64,000 bases of DNA from Eledone cirrhosa (GCA_964016885.1 OZ024740.1:243722001-243786000); one strand, 5' to 3'; positions 14,713-28,950 are shown, numbered from the stretch's first letter. A program made the numbers and translations. Notes: a model not told the origin generated them from the sequence alone.

Positions 14713-15490
14713 CTTATAAGGTGGCAAATTGGAAGATGCATTAGAATGTTGATTAGAATTCTCGGTATTTCTTCTGGCTTTCGCTTCCCTGAATTCAAAT
14801 CCTACCTAGATCGACTTTGGGTTTCATCTTTTTAAAGTTGATAAAGTACCAGTTCTGTACAGGGGTTGATTCATCCTCTATACCAGACTCCCTCTCTCAC
14901 ACTCTCTTTTTCCTTTTCTGGAAGAAATCAGCTGTGTTCAGACCTGTAGAAAGATGAGCTCTACCATATTGTAATGCCCAAGACATGGTTTGTATCACTA
15001 CATCATCCCTACGACATCGTGAGGAGTTTCAAGTCCATGGCATGGTATATAACTTATAACTAAAACATTTAGAATGTTGTATTGGCCTTTAATACTTGGT
15101 TGTTGTTTCTAATTACAAAATATAAGATCCATGGCATCAGCTAGTTTAATCGAAAAGATAAGATACAACTTAGCATAAACCATTGTCCAGTTTAATATCA
15201 CCACCTGTCCATTGGCTGCCTTTAATGGAGTTCACTATGTTGTAAGCATCTGGGCTGGGTCTAATTTCTGGCAGGCCTCTGTCTTACTTTGAGGCACTGA
15301 AAAGGGTCATGGTCTCAAGGTTTATTATTCAAATGTTAATACAGCTTGGTACCAGGGTTGTCTCAGGCTAACTCAGATGTAAAGAGCTGGAAAAATACCA
15401 CAAAGCATTTTTTTAATGACATTCTAACAGTTCTTCCAATCTACTACATTCTCTGAAGTTTAACATATTTTGTGTTTTCCTTTTTTGTAG

Positions 15491-15559
15491 GTCAACTTTA
15501 TGACATAGGTTGGGGTCAGAGGTTATTTATGAAGTGTCAAGGGGAAGGACCTCCTACTG
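15491..15559 (+). CDS. Alpha/beta-hydrolase-fold gene, exon B
   Basis: ttttttgtag / gtgagt; (G)QLYDIGWGQRLFMKCQGEGPPT; phase 1 to 1. Confidence 0.9.
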
Positions 15560-16879
15560 GTGAGTAAATAAAATGTATTCTATCTTGACTTTGAATATAA
15601 GGTTATACTATTGTTGTATTCAATAAGTGTGTTACTATATGAAAGAGGGTGGGTGGTAGAATCAGCAAAGCACTAAACAAAATGCTGTATATTATTTAGT
15701 CATGTAGGGAAGTGGATTGGCAGTATCGGTAGAGCGTCAGACACCATGCTTTGCAACATAGTGTTATGGCCCTTTACGTTCTGAGTTCAAATCCCACCGA
15801 GGTTAGCTTTGCCTTTCATTCTTATGGGGTCAATAAAATAAAGCAGCAGTAATGCACTGGGGTAATTGCTGGCCTTGTGCCAAAAGTAGAAGCAATTATT
15901 TAGTTATGTCCTTCTATGGTCTCCTAGGGGGATGTGACTTAATCTTTTGCCTGGTTGAACACCACTGTCTGACTCATGAGGGCCTTTATTAGATTTCTAG
16001 TTTGAGGATTCCTTCCTCCTTCCACCAATTTCAAGGGCCATGAATTTGGTCATGGGTGTAGCCCTTCTCTTCCCCATTAAAATTGTAAAATAAAAAATAA
16101 AAATTGACAACAGCAGCAAAAAAAATGAAATAGTGAAATATGAAGAAATCATAAACAATGAAAAAGATGAAACATTCATTATACTCCCAATATCCTCATC
16201 TCACCCCTCCCCATTAACCTCTGTCCACTTATATTTGTCTTCTTGCCTTCTTCCCTTGTCCAAAGAGTGAACCTCCTCTGATTTACATTCCCCACTCAGC
16301 CCATGTCCCCCTTCCCTTTACACTTCCATCCCTGACTCACCTTTCTTGTGTTACCCAGGCCAACACAGAAAGCCACCCACTTGCCTCAGAGTCACTCCTA
16401 TGACTTAGCACTTCCTTCCCCACAGTGGGATGTCTCTTCCTTAGGCAAGCAGCATATAGGTTGCACCCTGCTTATTTTTTCACCTCCCGATACTCCCATC
16501 AACACTTCTCCAATCAAACTTACTGAGCACCATAACCCTTTAGCATTTTCATTACTCTATATATACTATTGTATTTTCGCAGTAAAGGCTTTTTCTCACA
16601 TAATATTGAATCTATGAGATTTTAATATTTATTTTGAGAACAATACCTTAACATCAGTATGAGTGGCCAGTTACGGCTTGATTGAACTGAAAGAGGTGAG
16701 AGAATTCTGGCTGGATATGGCCGGTTTAAATGCCAAAGGGATAAATGAATCATTAGGTATGTTGTCAGTGAAAAGGGCATAACCAAAAACAATATGTTAC
16801 TTGTGGTGAACCTTTACAAGCAAGGGGTTTATGAAGAATATCTAACCTGTGCCAGCTGGAGCATCGAGGAAAAGTCTTT

Positions 16880-17800
16880 CCCTGTAATTTTGAATATTTT
16901 TCATGATGTTGTGGTAGTCCTATTTCTGGTTGTTCACCAATCGAAGTTCTTTTTCGTCCACAAACTTATGCAAGACTTGAATATCATAGTTTCTCTCCTG
17001 CAAAACTTCTTGTGTTACCTCCATTTCTTTGAGCTTGGTATAAATAGTTGTTTGACATATTGTTTTTGTACTTCTGCCAGAATAGATGAGCTTCATCAAT
17101 TCCACATGCTGTGAGCATAATAGCAACCAACTGTCTTATTTGACTGGTTACTCGAGTGACTGCTGCTGCTTTTAGGCTTTTCTTCCAATGTTCATTGTCA
17201 GTCCATGATTTTTACATGGTTCTTGGTATGTTGTGCACAACCTTCCTCCCAAGCACTTGAGATACTCAAATGACGTTGGTCCTCAAACAATATGCAGAAT
17301 TAGTCGTAAATAAACACTGTTGTTGGAGTGGACATTGTAAATATGCCAAATAGCATCACTTGCATTGACTTCATGATCTTGCACTAAGTGACCCTGTTTC
17401 CTTCGATTCCAGGTCTTGCAATTCGTCTAGGTGTAGTATGTTGGGATGTCAACATACAGGAGGGATCGAGCAAATTCATCAGCCTGGCAGGGTTTAAAAA
17501 ATGCAGTTAGATAGTCTGAGGTGGTGCATGTGCCAAGTGATGAGCAGCAGTCTCAGTGAAGTACTCTGTCCATTTTCCAGATGGGTTGCTATGTTGACCT
17601 CTGTTGGGTGGCATTGGTGGATATCAAATCCAAAGATCCACCAGATAGCTTTATTGCTGGAGATGCATTGACCTGTCTGATACTGTTTGACCTCATCCAG
17701 CCCACCATCATTGAGTTCCTTGTCAGTAACAAAGGTAGCCATGTCACTGCCTTTTGTGACATATATTATTGCTTTGACAGAGCTGCAATGCTCATCATTG
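16880..17800 (-). mobile_element. Decayed Helitron Rep-region fragments
   Basis: DEVKQYQTGQCISSNKAIWWIFGFDIHQCHP...HLENGQ matches a conserved Helitron RepHel segment. Confidence 0.75.
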
Positions 17801-18373
17801 ATTTAGGCTTTTAGGAGTTTCCACAACAATTTGATGTGTGGGGCAAACCATCAATAGGTCTATGGTCAGCTTTTCTCCTTGAACTGTTAGGTTTGAAGTA
17901 TTGCCTCCATGTTCTATGATGGTTATGCTCAAACTAAAAATCTGGTCCAAATGCTTGTAACAGAATGTACTCCCAAAAACACAACCAAAGGCCATCTTTG
18001 CTGAATATATCATGTTTATGGCATAGTTTTACTACTAGGTGCATTTTATTGCTTACCAGCATTGGAGAGGTTATCTGAAAAATAGAATACAGTTTTCTGT
18101 ATCCCATATCAATGATTATATTCAGTATTAACCGTTTTCCTAGATAAATTTTCTGTAGTGATGCTTGTAGAAACTATGATTATTGTGTTAATTCCTCCCC
18201 TTTTGGGGGCATGTTTTTTTTTGGCTGCTGGATGTCCTTCCTATCACCAATGCTCTATTGTATATTTTACTGCTATAAAGGTGTGTGTACGTATTTGTGT
18301 TGAGATGTCTTCATTAGGAAATTCACTAATGTTTAAGGTGTTTATAATTCTTAAAACAATTTTCAATTTTCAG

Positions 18374-18450
18374 TTATACTAGATGCGCCAACTGGAATGT
18401 CATCTGATGTCTGGTCTCTTGTATGGCCTACAATTTCTAATGTGACAAGA
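18374..18450 (+). CDS. Alpha/beta-hydrolase-fold gene, exon C
   Basis: aattttcag / gtatgt; VILDAPTGMSSDVWSLVWPTISNVTR (beta3 and oxyanion-loop region); phase 1 to 0. Confidence 0.9.
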
Positions 18451-18736
18451 GTATGTATTATTTATTACTTATATATATTATCTTAAGATATATAGATATA
18501 TCTTAATATATATACTTCATCTGACATTATCTGATGCCATCAACCACCTAAATTGGCTTCTATAGTAGACCCAACACTCTCTTCACATTTTATTTGTTTT
18601 CCATCTAACAATGAGTCTGAACTCATTCACTGAAATTCAATGGAACCTTTATTAGTGTTAATGATGAGCACCCAGTTGTTAAATCAACTGAATGTCCTGT
18701 GTTAAATTAATGTGCAAGTGACACATATAACCTTAA

Positions 18737-18963
18737 CCCTTTTGTTACCATATTTCTAATGAAATACACTGTATTTGGATTAATTATTAAAGAATTTGCT
18801 GGGATTTAATTATTAATTATTTCATTATTATGATGGTATTTGTAACATAATTTAATAAAGTATAATGTGGTGGAAGACTTTAATTTAAATAGAAACTTTT
18901 TAAAATTGGTGGTTTTATTTCATAGAACCAGAGACAGTTTGAGGGAGTTTGGTATCAAAAGGC
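18737..18963. mobile_element. piggyBac-like MITE (second family)
   Basis: TTAA flanks and imperfect TIR cccttttgttacc/ggtatcaaaaggc. A relative lies near 9565-9795. Confidence 0.6.
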
Positions 18964-20131
18964 TTAACATAATTCTCGGAGTGAATCAGTGTGGAACAAT
19001 ATGGCAAGTCTGGGTTTCTACCACAATTTGAATCCACCCAATTTAACTGACAGGTTTGGTTTGAATTAAGGCTATGGAAAAAGACAAATGCTTAAGATGC
19101 CATTCAGTAGGATTAAACTCAGAACCTCATGATTGTAAACTGAACTTCTCAACTACTCAGCCGTTCCTACAGCTATCAATGTACTCATTGTCTGTATTAC
19201 AGATGTATATGTAGAATTTAGGTTGCTTGAGACTACCCTCTCAATATCAAGTCTCATCAATTAGCAGGTTTAGCTATAGTAGGTTCAGAATTCCTCTCAA
19301 TGTAACCTGTTCTCAGTTACACAACCCTCTACAGCATGAGGTTGCAAAGAAAAAACTAGTTTCATATTTAATGCCTGAGGTGGTTAGACTGATCTTAGGG
19401 AAAAAAAACCCCAAAACCATTTTGACATTAGGATCTAACTTACATCTTCATTGGGACAATATCCATCTTCCTATTCTGACTTCAGTTGATTGAGTATATA
19501 TTTTGGTAGGGTTTGTTGTAAAATTATACCTTTCTTACCAATCCCTGTGACATGATGGGTCAAATATTTATCATTACATTAGCACTAAAGATGTAGGTGT
19601 ACCTAAATTAAATTGAATACACTCTGAATATATATATATATATATATTCACACATGCACACACATATCGTCATCATCATCACTGTTAAATGTCTCTGCAT
19701 GGGTTAGTTGGTTTATCACATACTGAGGCTTGACTGGTCAGGTGACCATGTTTTGCTTGTATGCTCTGTCATTGGCTTGGTTTCCATGGCTGGATGCCTT
19801 TCCTAATGTCAACCACTTTTATAGCATGTGCTGGGAGCATTTTTTCATGAGTAACATCTTCATCTTACAGGGTGGACTTGGTGTTTTTCATCATGGAACA
19901 AGTGCTACCTACCACTGGGTACATTTTTATCATGGTGCCAACACAATCTCATTATAACACTCAGATTCTCCTTGTCCTTATCTCGGCTGGGCACACATAT
20001 ATGTGCAACCCATGCCAGCATGGAAAACTTAAACATAAAATGACAATGATGATGTATGTGTAAGGATCTTGAACCTTTTTCTATAATTTCTCAGTATACT
20101 TATGTATTAACACAGTCATTTTCTTTCCCAG

Positions 20132-20182
20132 GTTTGCATATTTGACCGTGCAGGCTTAGGGTACAGTGATCGGCCCCGTGAG
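20132..20182 (+). CDS. Alpha/beta-hydrolase-fold gene, exon D
   Basis: ttctttcccag / gtgagt; VCIFDRAGLGYSDRPRE contains the DxxGxGxS motif typical of the fold; phase 0 to 0. Confidence 0.93.
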
Positions 20183-20756
20183 GTGAGTCTCCACTATGTT
20201 ACTGTTCCATATTTTTCCTTTTAGCATTTTCCTTTCACAACACTCTTGCCTAATATATTGACCCCAGATCTGTTTAATCAGTGAATGTCTACTTCTGACA
20301 GAAAATAAAAGTTAGACTTGTCTCTCTCCTTTGCTTGCTCTCTCTCTCACACACAGCCTTCCTATACACTCAGTATAATGTCTATGTATAGTTGCCTGCA
20401 TGGCTACATCATCTGTTGCTATTGTTCTTTAAGAAATGCTGCTTGTATCAGTGGTTATACTCAGTCACAAGTTGACTTCCTTCGTACACACACACATGCA
20501 CATGTTTGCACACATTATTTCACGTGTTGACCATACAATACACGATACAGTCTATACACAGCTTACTATGTGTATAAAAGACAATGCCTGTCATGTTTTG
20601 AGAATTTTTTTACAGCTGGATGCTCTTCATATCATCAATCACTTTATACACACACTTTCTCTCTCTCTCATATATATGTAATGGGCAATCATTTGTTATT
20701 AGGTTAAGTTGTTTTTTTTGTTAAAACTCCTGCATGCTGATTCTTCACCACATTGT

Positions 20757-21360
20757 AAATAATTATAACTCTTGCAGGATAGAAAACCTCAATAAACAAT
20801 TGCATAGGTTCTTCAAAAATTATGGACTCTCCATAACTATTGAGTCTAACCATAAGGTCATGAATTTCCTGGATACTACTTTCAAACTAGATACTGGACT
20901 TTACAGACCATACCATAAGCCAGGCAAATTCCTATCTTATATAAATAGATTATCCATCGATCCAATGGCTTAATAGTTAAAAGCGTATCACATAGAATCT
21001 TAAAACTATCGGCTAATGAAGACATATTTAACACCACTCGAATTGTTCATATAATGGGGCCACAGATAATCCATTTAAGACCTGCTATAATTCCTACTTG
21101 CAATTTAAAAAAAAATAAGAAGCTGAAGCACACTACTTCTTTAGCACGGTATATAGCTAACCTAGTTGAGTCTAACACTACCTATAAACTATATTGGAAA
21201 ATTCTAGATAAATCTATTCCATACAATGGAAATAAGAAGTCCTGTCATTTATGTCTGTCAGAGGCTTACTGTATCACAATGTTGACCCTAACTCCATGAA
21301 TACTAGAAAACAATTAATAATAAATTGTCCTCATCGCCTCTCTTATTCTTTCATCAATAA
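20757..21360 (+). pseudogene. Decayed Penelope-like element (RT thumb and GIY-YIG C-terminus)
   Basis: GLSITIESNHKVMNFLDTTFKLDTGLYRPYHKP..YIN..S..P and SLARYI..L...WKILDKSIPYNGNKKSCHLCLSE..I match PLE motifs; stops and an internal deletion are present. Confidence 0.75.
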
Positions 21361-22365
21361 AGTATCCAATCCCACTTAGGGGTCTATTTAATAAATCCGA
21401 ATATCCCCCTTATCTTACTCTTTTATTTTCTATTCTTAACATTGACTATACCTTTAATCTATCGCTAATTAAATGGATATGCATACTCAGAAATACATTT
21501 ATAGGAATTTAACATATGTATACTTGTACCCCTTGGATTAGGTGAATTAATGTGTTATGGTTTCTAGGTTCTTGAACTCTAGTGTATTTATATGTTTTCC
21601 ACACATTATGGGTGTATGGATGTGTTAATATACTTGGGTGAATGCGAATGTGAAGGAATTTAGGGGTACAATAACATACCAACTATAGTATTCACTTTAC
21701 TTAGATGTTATTTGGGGAGCGAAACATGAATCTATCCAAAACTAGTTTATTTTACCCCAGAATCTAATTTATTTAGTTAATTTTTATGAATTATCTCCCT
21801 TAGAGGAATTTTCGTTCATTTTTTTCTATATCTTTCTAAAACCAAAATGTTCACATGAAGCATATGAAATACAAAACCCAGAAAGAAACTCTGTACTTAA
21901 GATGCAGGATTACATAATCTAAGCTAAAAGTAATTCAAATATTTCAGTGACAAAATTTCACTGCAGACTATATTTCTCTTAGAGGTGAGTGAATTATGAC
22001 CCTATAGACATATATCTAAATTTATAGATTAATATAGCTATAAGAAACAAATTTTACCGACATTTAGAATAATTGGAAGTCATATCTCATTCGAAATAAT
22101 TGTAAGATAATAAATATCGTTTTTTTTTTTATGAAAGAAGTATAATTTTTCGGTTAATACGTCTATATTTGCTCTGTATTTATAAGTATAACAATTCATC
22201 CAAGCTAATATCTTTTCATCCTCAAACCTTTATATATTATATAAACACATTAAGCTATTCCTTTTTCTTAAAAACTGGCTATAACATATTATCATTTTAA
22301 TTCCCTACTGACCTTTGAGAATTGTTAATAGAGTTCTACCTTTCATATATATATATATATGTGTG

Positions 22366-22533
22366 TAAAACGAAGGAGTTGTGGTAAGAAACCAGATGGA
22401 CCATAACGCACCAGAGTACTCAATACTTAGGGTAGTAGAGTGGGTAATAGGAAAATGTATGACCCCGACGGCAGAGCTCAAGCCGTTTCGTCGAAACGGC
22501 TTCAGCTCTGCTGTCGGGGTCATACATTTTCCC
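22366..22533. mobile_element. Fold-back element with a hammerhead 3' half
   Basis: 41-bp arms (22450-22490 and 22492-22532) with 2 mismatches; GAAACGGC-loop-GCCGTC^GGGGTC; lies in TA repeats. Confidence 0.6.
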
Positions 22534-22571
<38 letters not shown>

Positions 22572-22872
22572 TGCATTGAAGCGAATAACTGTGTCTACTC
22601 TGGGATTTACATTATCTATTGGGTGGATTGGCAGTATCGGTAGAGGGTCGGACGCCTTGCTTTGATGCATAGTTACAGCCCTTGCCATTCTGAGTTCAAT
22701 TCCCGCCGAGGTTAACTTTGTCTTTCATCCTTACACCGTCGATAAAATAAAGTACCAGTAATGCACTGAGTAATTGCTGGCCATGTGCCAAAAGTAGAAA
22801 CAATTATCTATTGAGTATGCTGAGATGCAACTGGTACTAGCATAGCAGTGAAACCCATGCTAGTCCCGTCAT

Positions 22873-22946
<74 letters not shown>

Positions 22947-22957
22947 CTGTATATATA

Positions 22958-23999
22958 GTCTAAAGAAGACTCGTCATGTACCAACCTTCTCCGGATAAAG
23001 TTTTCAGTGAACTCTCCATATATGTATACGGTCAAAAGCTGAAGGCTGCTGACACATTTGTGTATTTGGGGAGTACTCTGGGTGTGGCCTGCTCTCTAGA
23101 TGCAGAAGTTGGTCTACGTGTTAGTAAGGCAAGTGAGTCATTTGGAAGGTTCAACGACCATCTTTGGTGCAGGCGAGGAATCACAATGAGGACCAAGGTG
23201 AGAGTGTATGCTGCATGTGTACTGTCAACTTTGCTGTATGCATGTGAGACATGGGTCGCCTACAAACGGTATATCCACAGACGGGAACAGTTTCACCAGC
23301 AGTGTCTCAGAAGGATGCTCGGTATCAAGTGGCAGATGCATGTGAGTGATGTTGAGGTCCTTGAGAGAAGTGTTGGAGCATTGAGAGTATCCTCCACCAA
23401 TGGTGTTTGCGATGGACCGGACACCTCTGCAGGATGGAGGATGATCGAATCCCAAAACAACTCTTGTATGGCGAGCTTTGTGAGGGTAAGAGACCACCTA
23501 ACAAGCCAAGGCTCCGATTCAAGGATTGTGTAAAGGACTCATTGAAAAAAAACTGGTTTGATGATGGCTGAAGCTCTTGAAATAGAAACTTGGTGTGGAA
23601 TGGTGAATGATGGGGTCCATAATTTTGAGGACAGACGCATAGAGCACAAGAAGATCAAACGGGATGTGTGTAAGCAATGCCCTGGTGTATCTCTCGAAAC
23701 GATCGGTGTCTTCATTGAATTGAAGTGCCCTGAGTGTGGAAAGATTTGCTTGAGCAAATCTGGTCTCAGGAGCCACATTTGCAGCCATGTTCAAAGAGAA
23801 CCAGTGAACTATGATCTCCACGGTGTTGTGAGGGTTCACAGGCAACCTGATGCAGGACCTCAAGCCAGGGAGATCCATAGATGTCGTCAGTGTGCGAAGG
23901 AGTGCAAGTCTCTAGTGGGCTTGAAAAGCCATATCCGAGCGTCACACATCTGAATCTGATAAGCGATTGTAATACTCTCAGCAGAGTTTGCAGCCATCA
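22958..23999 (+). mobile_element. RTE-BovB-type LINE 3' fragment with two C2H2 fingers
   Basis: FVYLGS, STLLYACETW, CPECGK..GLRSH and CRQCAK..GLKSH; ends gcagccatc followed by TA. Confidence 0.85.
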
Positions 24000-24054
24000 T
24001 ATATATGTGTATATATAAATATATGTGTATATAAAATATATGTGTATATATAAA

Positions 24055-24242
24055 TCAAAATGGATGCAGTAAAAACCTGTTAGACAATTACTCACCATAG
24101 TACTTGGTAATTGGGGTAATAATGTGGCAATATGAAAGAGTTGTGACCCCGACGGCTGAGCTCTTCCCGTTTCAAACTCAGCTTGGGACTAGGTGTTGAA
24201 ATAGAAAGAGCTCAGCTGTCGGGGTCCCAACTCTTTCATATA
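24055..24242. mobile_element. Fold-back element related to 22366-22533
   Basis: Inverted arms about 24130-24175 and 24196-24241. The - strand reads GAAACGG-gaagagctcag-CCGTC-GGGGTC. A more decayed relative lies at about 53150-53315. Confidence 0.55.
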
Positions 24243-24691
24243 TGTATATATGGCTAGAACAGGTAAAAGAGTAATATATGTGTGTGTGTGTGTATAAATG
24301 TATATAAATGTATATATAATATATATATGATCCTGGATCAAGATCTTTGGCGCCATGCATACAAACCTACAGTCAGTAGGCACCTCTTAACCCAATGTAC
24401 ACCCTCCCCCATCCTCCCTCTCCCGTTCTGTCCACTGTGTCGATGACACAACAGCCCACATTGTAAGGTGGCCGTGTAGGAGACATGGTAAAAAGGTTCC
24501 CAGTCCACACTGTAGATGTGGGTGGTGTTAGTAAGGGCATCCAGCTGTTAAAAACCTGCCAGAGACACTTCTGTACGAGCGAGACACTGTCTCCCGACCA
24601 TTCCCACATCAAATGGAACAGAAGCGTCTAACCCACGCTAGTGTGGAAGATGGACATCAAACGATGATGATGTTGATGGTGTATGTATGTA

Positions 24692-24727
<36 letters not shown>

Positions 24728-24746
24728 TGTATATATGTATATGTAT

Positions 24747-25212
24747 GTCAAAACCTGTCAAAGGGCAATGGAGCTCTTAAGAGTCAATGGCCATCCAAAA
24801 TCACCGGGAGAGATGACCCCTTAGCCTTTGTCAAGGCAGAATTCTAGAAGGAAAACTCTGATATAACACCTGCAACCCTGATGGTATCCAATGATGTTGA
24901 CTTGTTCTTCTTTTTGGTAAATATCATCTTGGTTAAGAGAGTGGGACTGGCTTTGTGCAGTGCCTTTGCTCACTATAAAAGCTTCACGGCACAGGCATTG
25001 TTTTATATCTGGAGATCTCTCTGCACTTGTCGTCACATGGTACCAAGGGCCCAGCACTATGTGTCAATAATTGTCACAAGTGTAGTGTTTGTACCAGAGT
25101 TTTCAAGTCGCTGGCTGGACTAAAAAGCCACACTCGTTCAGTGCATCGGTAGGGGTTCTCCTACATGGATATAAAGTAGTGGCCGTACTCGAAAACGAGT
25201 TGGCAGCCACCA
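24747..25212 (+). mobile_element. Family X copy, 5'-truncated
   Basis: Matches about 31356-31822. Confidence 0.85.
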
Positions 25213-25391
25213 TGTATATGTATGTATATATATGTATCTAATCCGGCTACCCCACCGAGTTTACTTGGTGAGGAAAGTGATTTTGTACACCCTGCAGGAC
25301 AAAAAACAAAACCTGACAAAGAGCAGAAGAACTCATAAGAGTCAACGGCCATCCAAAAGTGTGTAAATATGTATATGCATATATCCATGTG

Positions 25392-28300
25392 TCATCATCA
25401 TCATCATCATCATCGTTTAACGTCCATCTTCCACGCTTGCATGGGTTAGACGGTTTTGTTCCATTTGATGCGGGAATGGTCGGGAGACCATGTCTCGCTT
25501 GCACGGAAGCGTCTCTGGCAGGTATTTTACAGCTGGATGCCCTTCCTAACACCAACCACATCTACAGTGTGGACTGGGAGCCTTTTCACCGTGTCTCCTA
25601 CACGACCACCCTACATTGTGGACTGTTGTGTCATCGACACAGTGGGTGGAACGGGAGAGGGAGGGTGGGGTAGGGTGTGTCGGTGGGGTGTACATTGACT
25701 GAAGAGGTGCTTACTGACTGTAGGTTTGTATGCAATGGTAGTAGGGTCTTCTGTACAAATGCATGGCGCCAAAGGTCTCAATCCAGTGTCATTGTCTTAG
25801 AGAAGTGTAGGTGGGCAAGGCCAGTTTTTATCACCTCGTCTCAGGTTTTTCTTGGTCTACCTACTCCGCAGCTTCCATCAATTTTCATTGTCCTGCAATT
25901 TTTTATACAGCTGTCATCCTTCATACGAATCACATGTCCATACCAATGTAATCTCCTCTCCAGAACACAACATTGCCTCTTATGCTTAGTCTCCCTCTTA
26001 GTTTGTGTATGCTTCGTCTTCTGCGCACATTACTATTACCCATCCATTGGAGCATGCAAGCTTCATTTCTTTCTAATCTATACAGGTCTTCAGCACACAA
26101 TGTGCAAGTCTCACTACCATGTAATATCGCCATTCGTATACATGCATCATACAATCTCCCTTTCATTTTTAGAGAAAAATCCCTTGTGCCCATCCTGTTC
26201 TAACTCTAGCTACTACACTTTCAGAGCACCCTCCTCTACTGCTGATTTTGTCACCCAGGTAACGGAAGCTGCTTACTGTTTCTATAGAACCATCTGGGCA
26301 GTAGAGATATCATCCAGTGGGTCCTTGATACTTATTGCACCTGAGCATCGGCCACAAATAAAATCTACATTCTTAGATAGCTTACCTCTGATCCCACTAC
26401 ATCTTTTATGCAACCATATTTTGCATTTGGGACATAGAATGGAGTTTTTGCCTATTCCTTTCTTACACACTGAGCATAGCCATTTCCCAAAGGGTACCTG
26501 TGCCCTATTCTCTTTTCTGCATACTAGAACCTTAGTCTTAGACAAGTTGACTCTAAGGCCTTTTGATTCAAGGCCATGCTTTCATGTTTGGAACTTCCTC
26601 TCTAATTCAGCCATAGAATCAGCTATGAGAGTTAGATCATCTGCATATAGAAGTTCCCATGGGTAGCCAGTCTTAAACCCCTCTGTTATAGCCTGTAGGA
26701 CAATTATAAACAGTAGGGGGCTAAGAACGGAGCCCTGGTGTACCCTTACCATTACGCTAAATTCATAACTATATTCTTCATTAATTCTAACCTTGTTGAC
26801 TGTTCCTCTATATATGGCTTGTATAGCTCTCATAGTTTTCTAAGAGCCCACCAGATTAAGGTGCGTGGGACTCTGTCAAAGGCCTTCTCTAGGTCAACAA
26901 ACGCTAAGTAGAGGGGTTTACTGTTAGCCAGGTACTTCTCCTGCAATTGCCATACAAGGAAAAGAGCATCTGTGGTACTTTTACCTGGCACAAACCCAAA
27001 CTGCATTTCATCTAGATCAATTTGGTCTGTAATCAGTTGTGTAATAACTCTTTCTGTGACTTTCATGACCTGGTCAACTAACTTAATGCCTCTATAGTTT
27101 CCTCTATCCAGGGCATCTCCTTTGCCCTTGTAACAGTTGATGATGATGCTGCTACGCCAGTCATTTGGTATGACCCCATTCTGTATTACTTGGTTTACTA
27201 TCTGGGTGATCATAGTATGTCCCACCATTCCAGATACCTTCAACATTTCAGCAACTATCCCAGAAGGCCCAGCTGCCTTGCCTGTCTTCATATTCTTTAT
27301 TGCCTTACTTACTACACAACCATCAACTTGCACAGCTGATCCCTCTATTGGATCGATGTGGGGCAGACTTCTTTATTCCATTCCTTCTCCTCATTCAGTA
27401 GTCTCTCATAGTGACACTTCCAAGCTACCTTCTTATCAGTATCAGTGAGGCAAGTATACCATCGTCATTATAGACACACATCTCCCCGACAATATCACAG
27501 TTCTACTTGACACATTGCCTCGCAATCCTGAATATCTCACGTCTTTGGTCTTTCCGTTGTAGAATATGCTTGAACTTACTATCCTCTGCTTCCCTCTTTG
27601 CAAGGTATACTTGTTTCTAGCTTCTCTCCTCGCTACCTGATAATGTTCTCTATTACCCCCCCCCCCCGTCCTGCCATTCTTTCCATGCCTGTTTTTTGCC
27701 CTTGATGGACTCCTCCACCTTACTGTTCCACCACCATGTCACTCTCCTCCTGCCTAAAGGTTTGCTCCAGCCACAGATTTCATCAGTCGCCTTCAACAGG
27801 TTAACTTTCAGGAACTCCCACTATTCCTCTATATTGTATGACTCTAATTTCTCTTCCTTATTATCAAAAGCATCAAATAATATGCCTTTGAATTTGTTAC
27901 TGACTGCGGGGTTCTTCAACTTCCATAATCTTCTCCTTAAGGTATTCCTCTGCCTGCAATTACCTTTGGCCCTGACTATGTGGTCACTTACTATTAAATT
28001 ATGTTGGGAGGCGCATTCTTCACGAGGGAGGGACTTTGTGTTCAAAACAGACACTTTGTCTCGTTTCCTAGTAAGGACAAAATCTATTTGGCTGGTGTGC
28101 TCCCCTGATCTATATGTGATCAAATGACTGTCGCGTTTTTTGAAGTTTGTGTTGCAGACAGTCAGTCATTTGCATCATAGAATTCTAGGATCCTGAAGTC
28201 TTCCTCATTTCTAGTACCAAACCCATAACCTGCATGGATACCATCATAATTATATAGTCACTGTTGGGTATCTGGGAGGTAGTGAGCATTAGAGACTTAT

Positions 28301-28950
28301 AGAACCTGTCTTTAGTAATGTCTGGTAATTCTGATTGGGGTGCATAAGCAGAAATAATTGATACAGTTGTCCTATTTAGTATTAATCTTATTTTAATTAT
28401 CCTGTCATTCACTCTATCTACGGCAATTACCTTGTCTGCCCATTTTTCTGCTAACATAATTCCAACACCACCCAGCCCGCTATCACAACCCATCCAGAAA
28501 AGCTTATAGCATTGTTTCTTGCCCACAATCAATCTAGCAGACCCACCCCTCCACATGATCTCTTGAACACAACAGACATCGACTTCCTTACGTTCAAGCA
28601 TCTCTACAACCTTGTTTGAGCGACCTTTTAATGTGCCTACATTCATTGTACCAATTCTGAAATTTTAGATTTTACTGGGGTGAGGAAAGAATGGAATAGA
28701 GGCACAGCAAGGGGTATGGGGGACGGATTTATGTTGGTCTTGGGCTTTCATATCTGACATGATAGGAGTGCAGGAGATGGAATTATGTTCGTCTTGGGCT
28801 GACGTATTTGATATGATGAGAAGCGTTTGCATGCTCGTCCTGAAACGGGAGGTGAATTCATCATTGTGAGTGGTAATATTCCCCAACTCCGTAATCCATT
28901 TATCATAGCGAACACCTAGATCTAAGCTAAAGAAGTATCGGCCTTAAGAG
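25392..28950 (-). mobile_element. Near full-length decayed RTE LINE
   Basis: APE and RT fragments in ORFs 28185-28646, 26830-27333 and 26582-26833; (TCA)n tail at 25392-25413. Confidence 0.93.

Noticed and set aside
21700-21735. Hammerhead downstream of the Penelope relic
   Set aside because: Only cgaaac is present, with no CUGANGA box or stems.
25677-26666. 329-aa + strand ORF and similar antisense ORFs over LINEs
   Set aside because: Shadow frames opposite RTE coding sequence, with no protein motifs.
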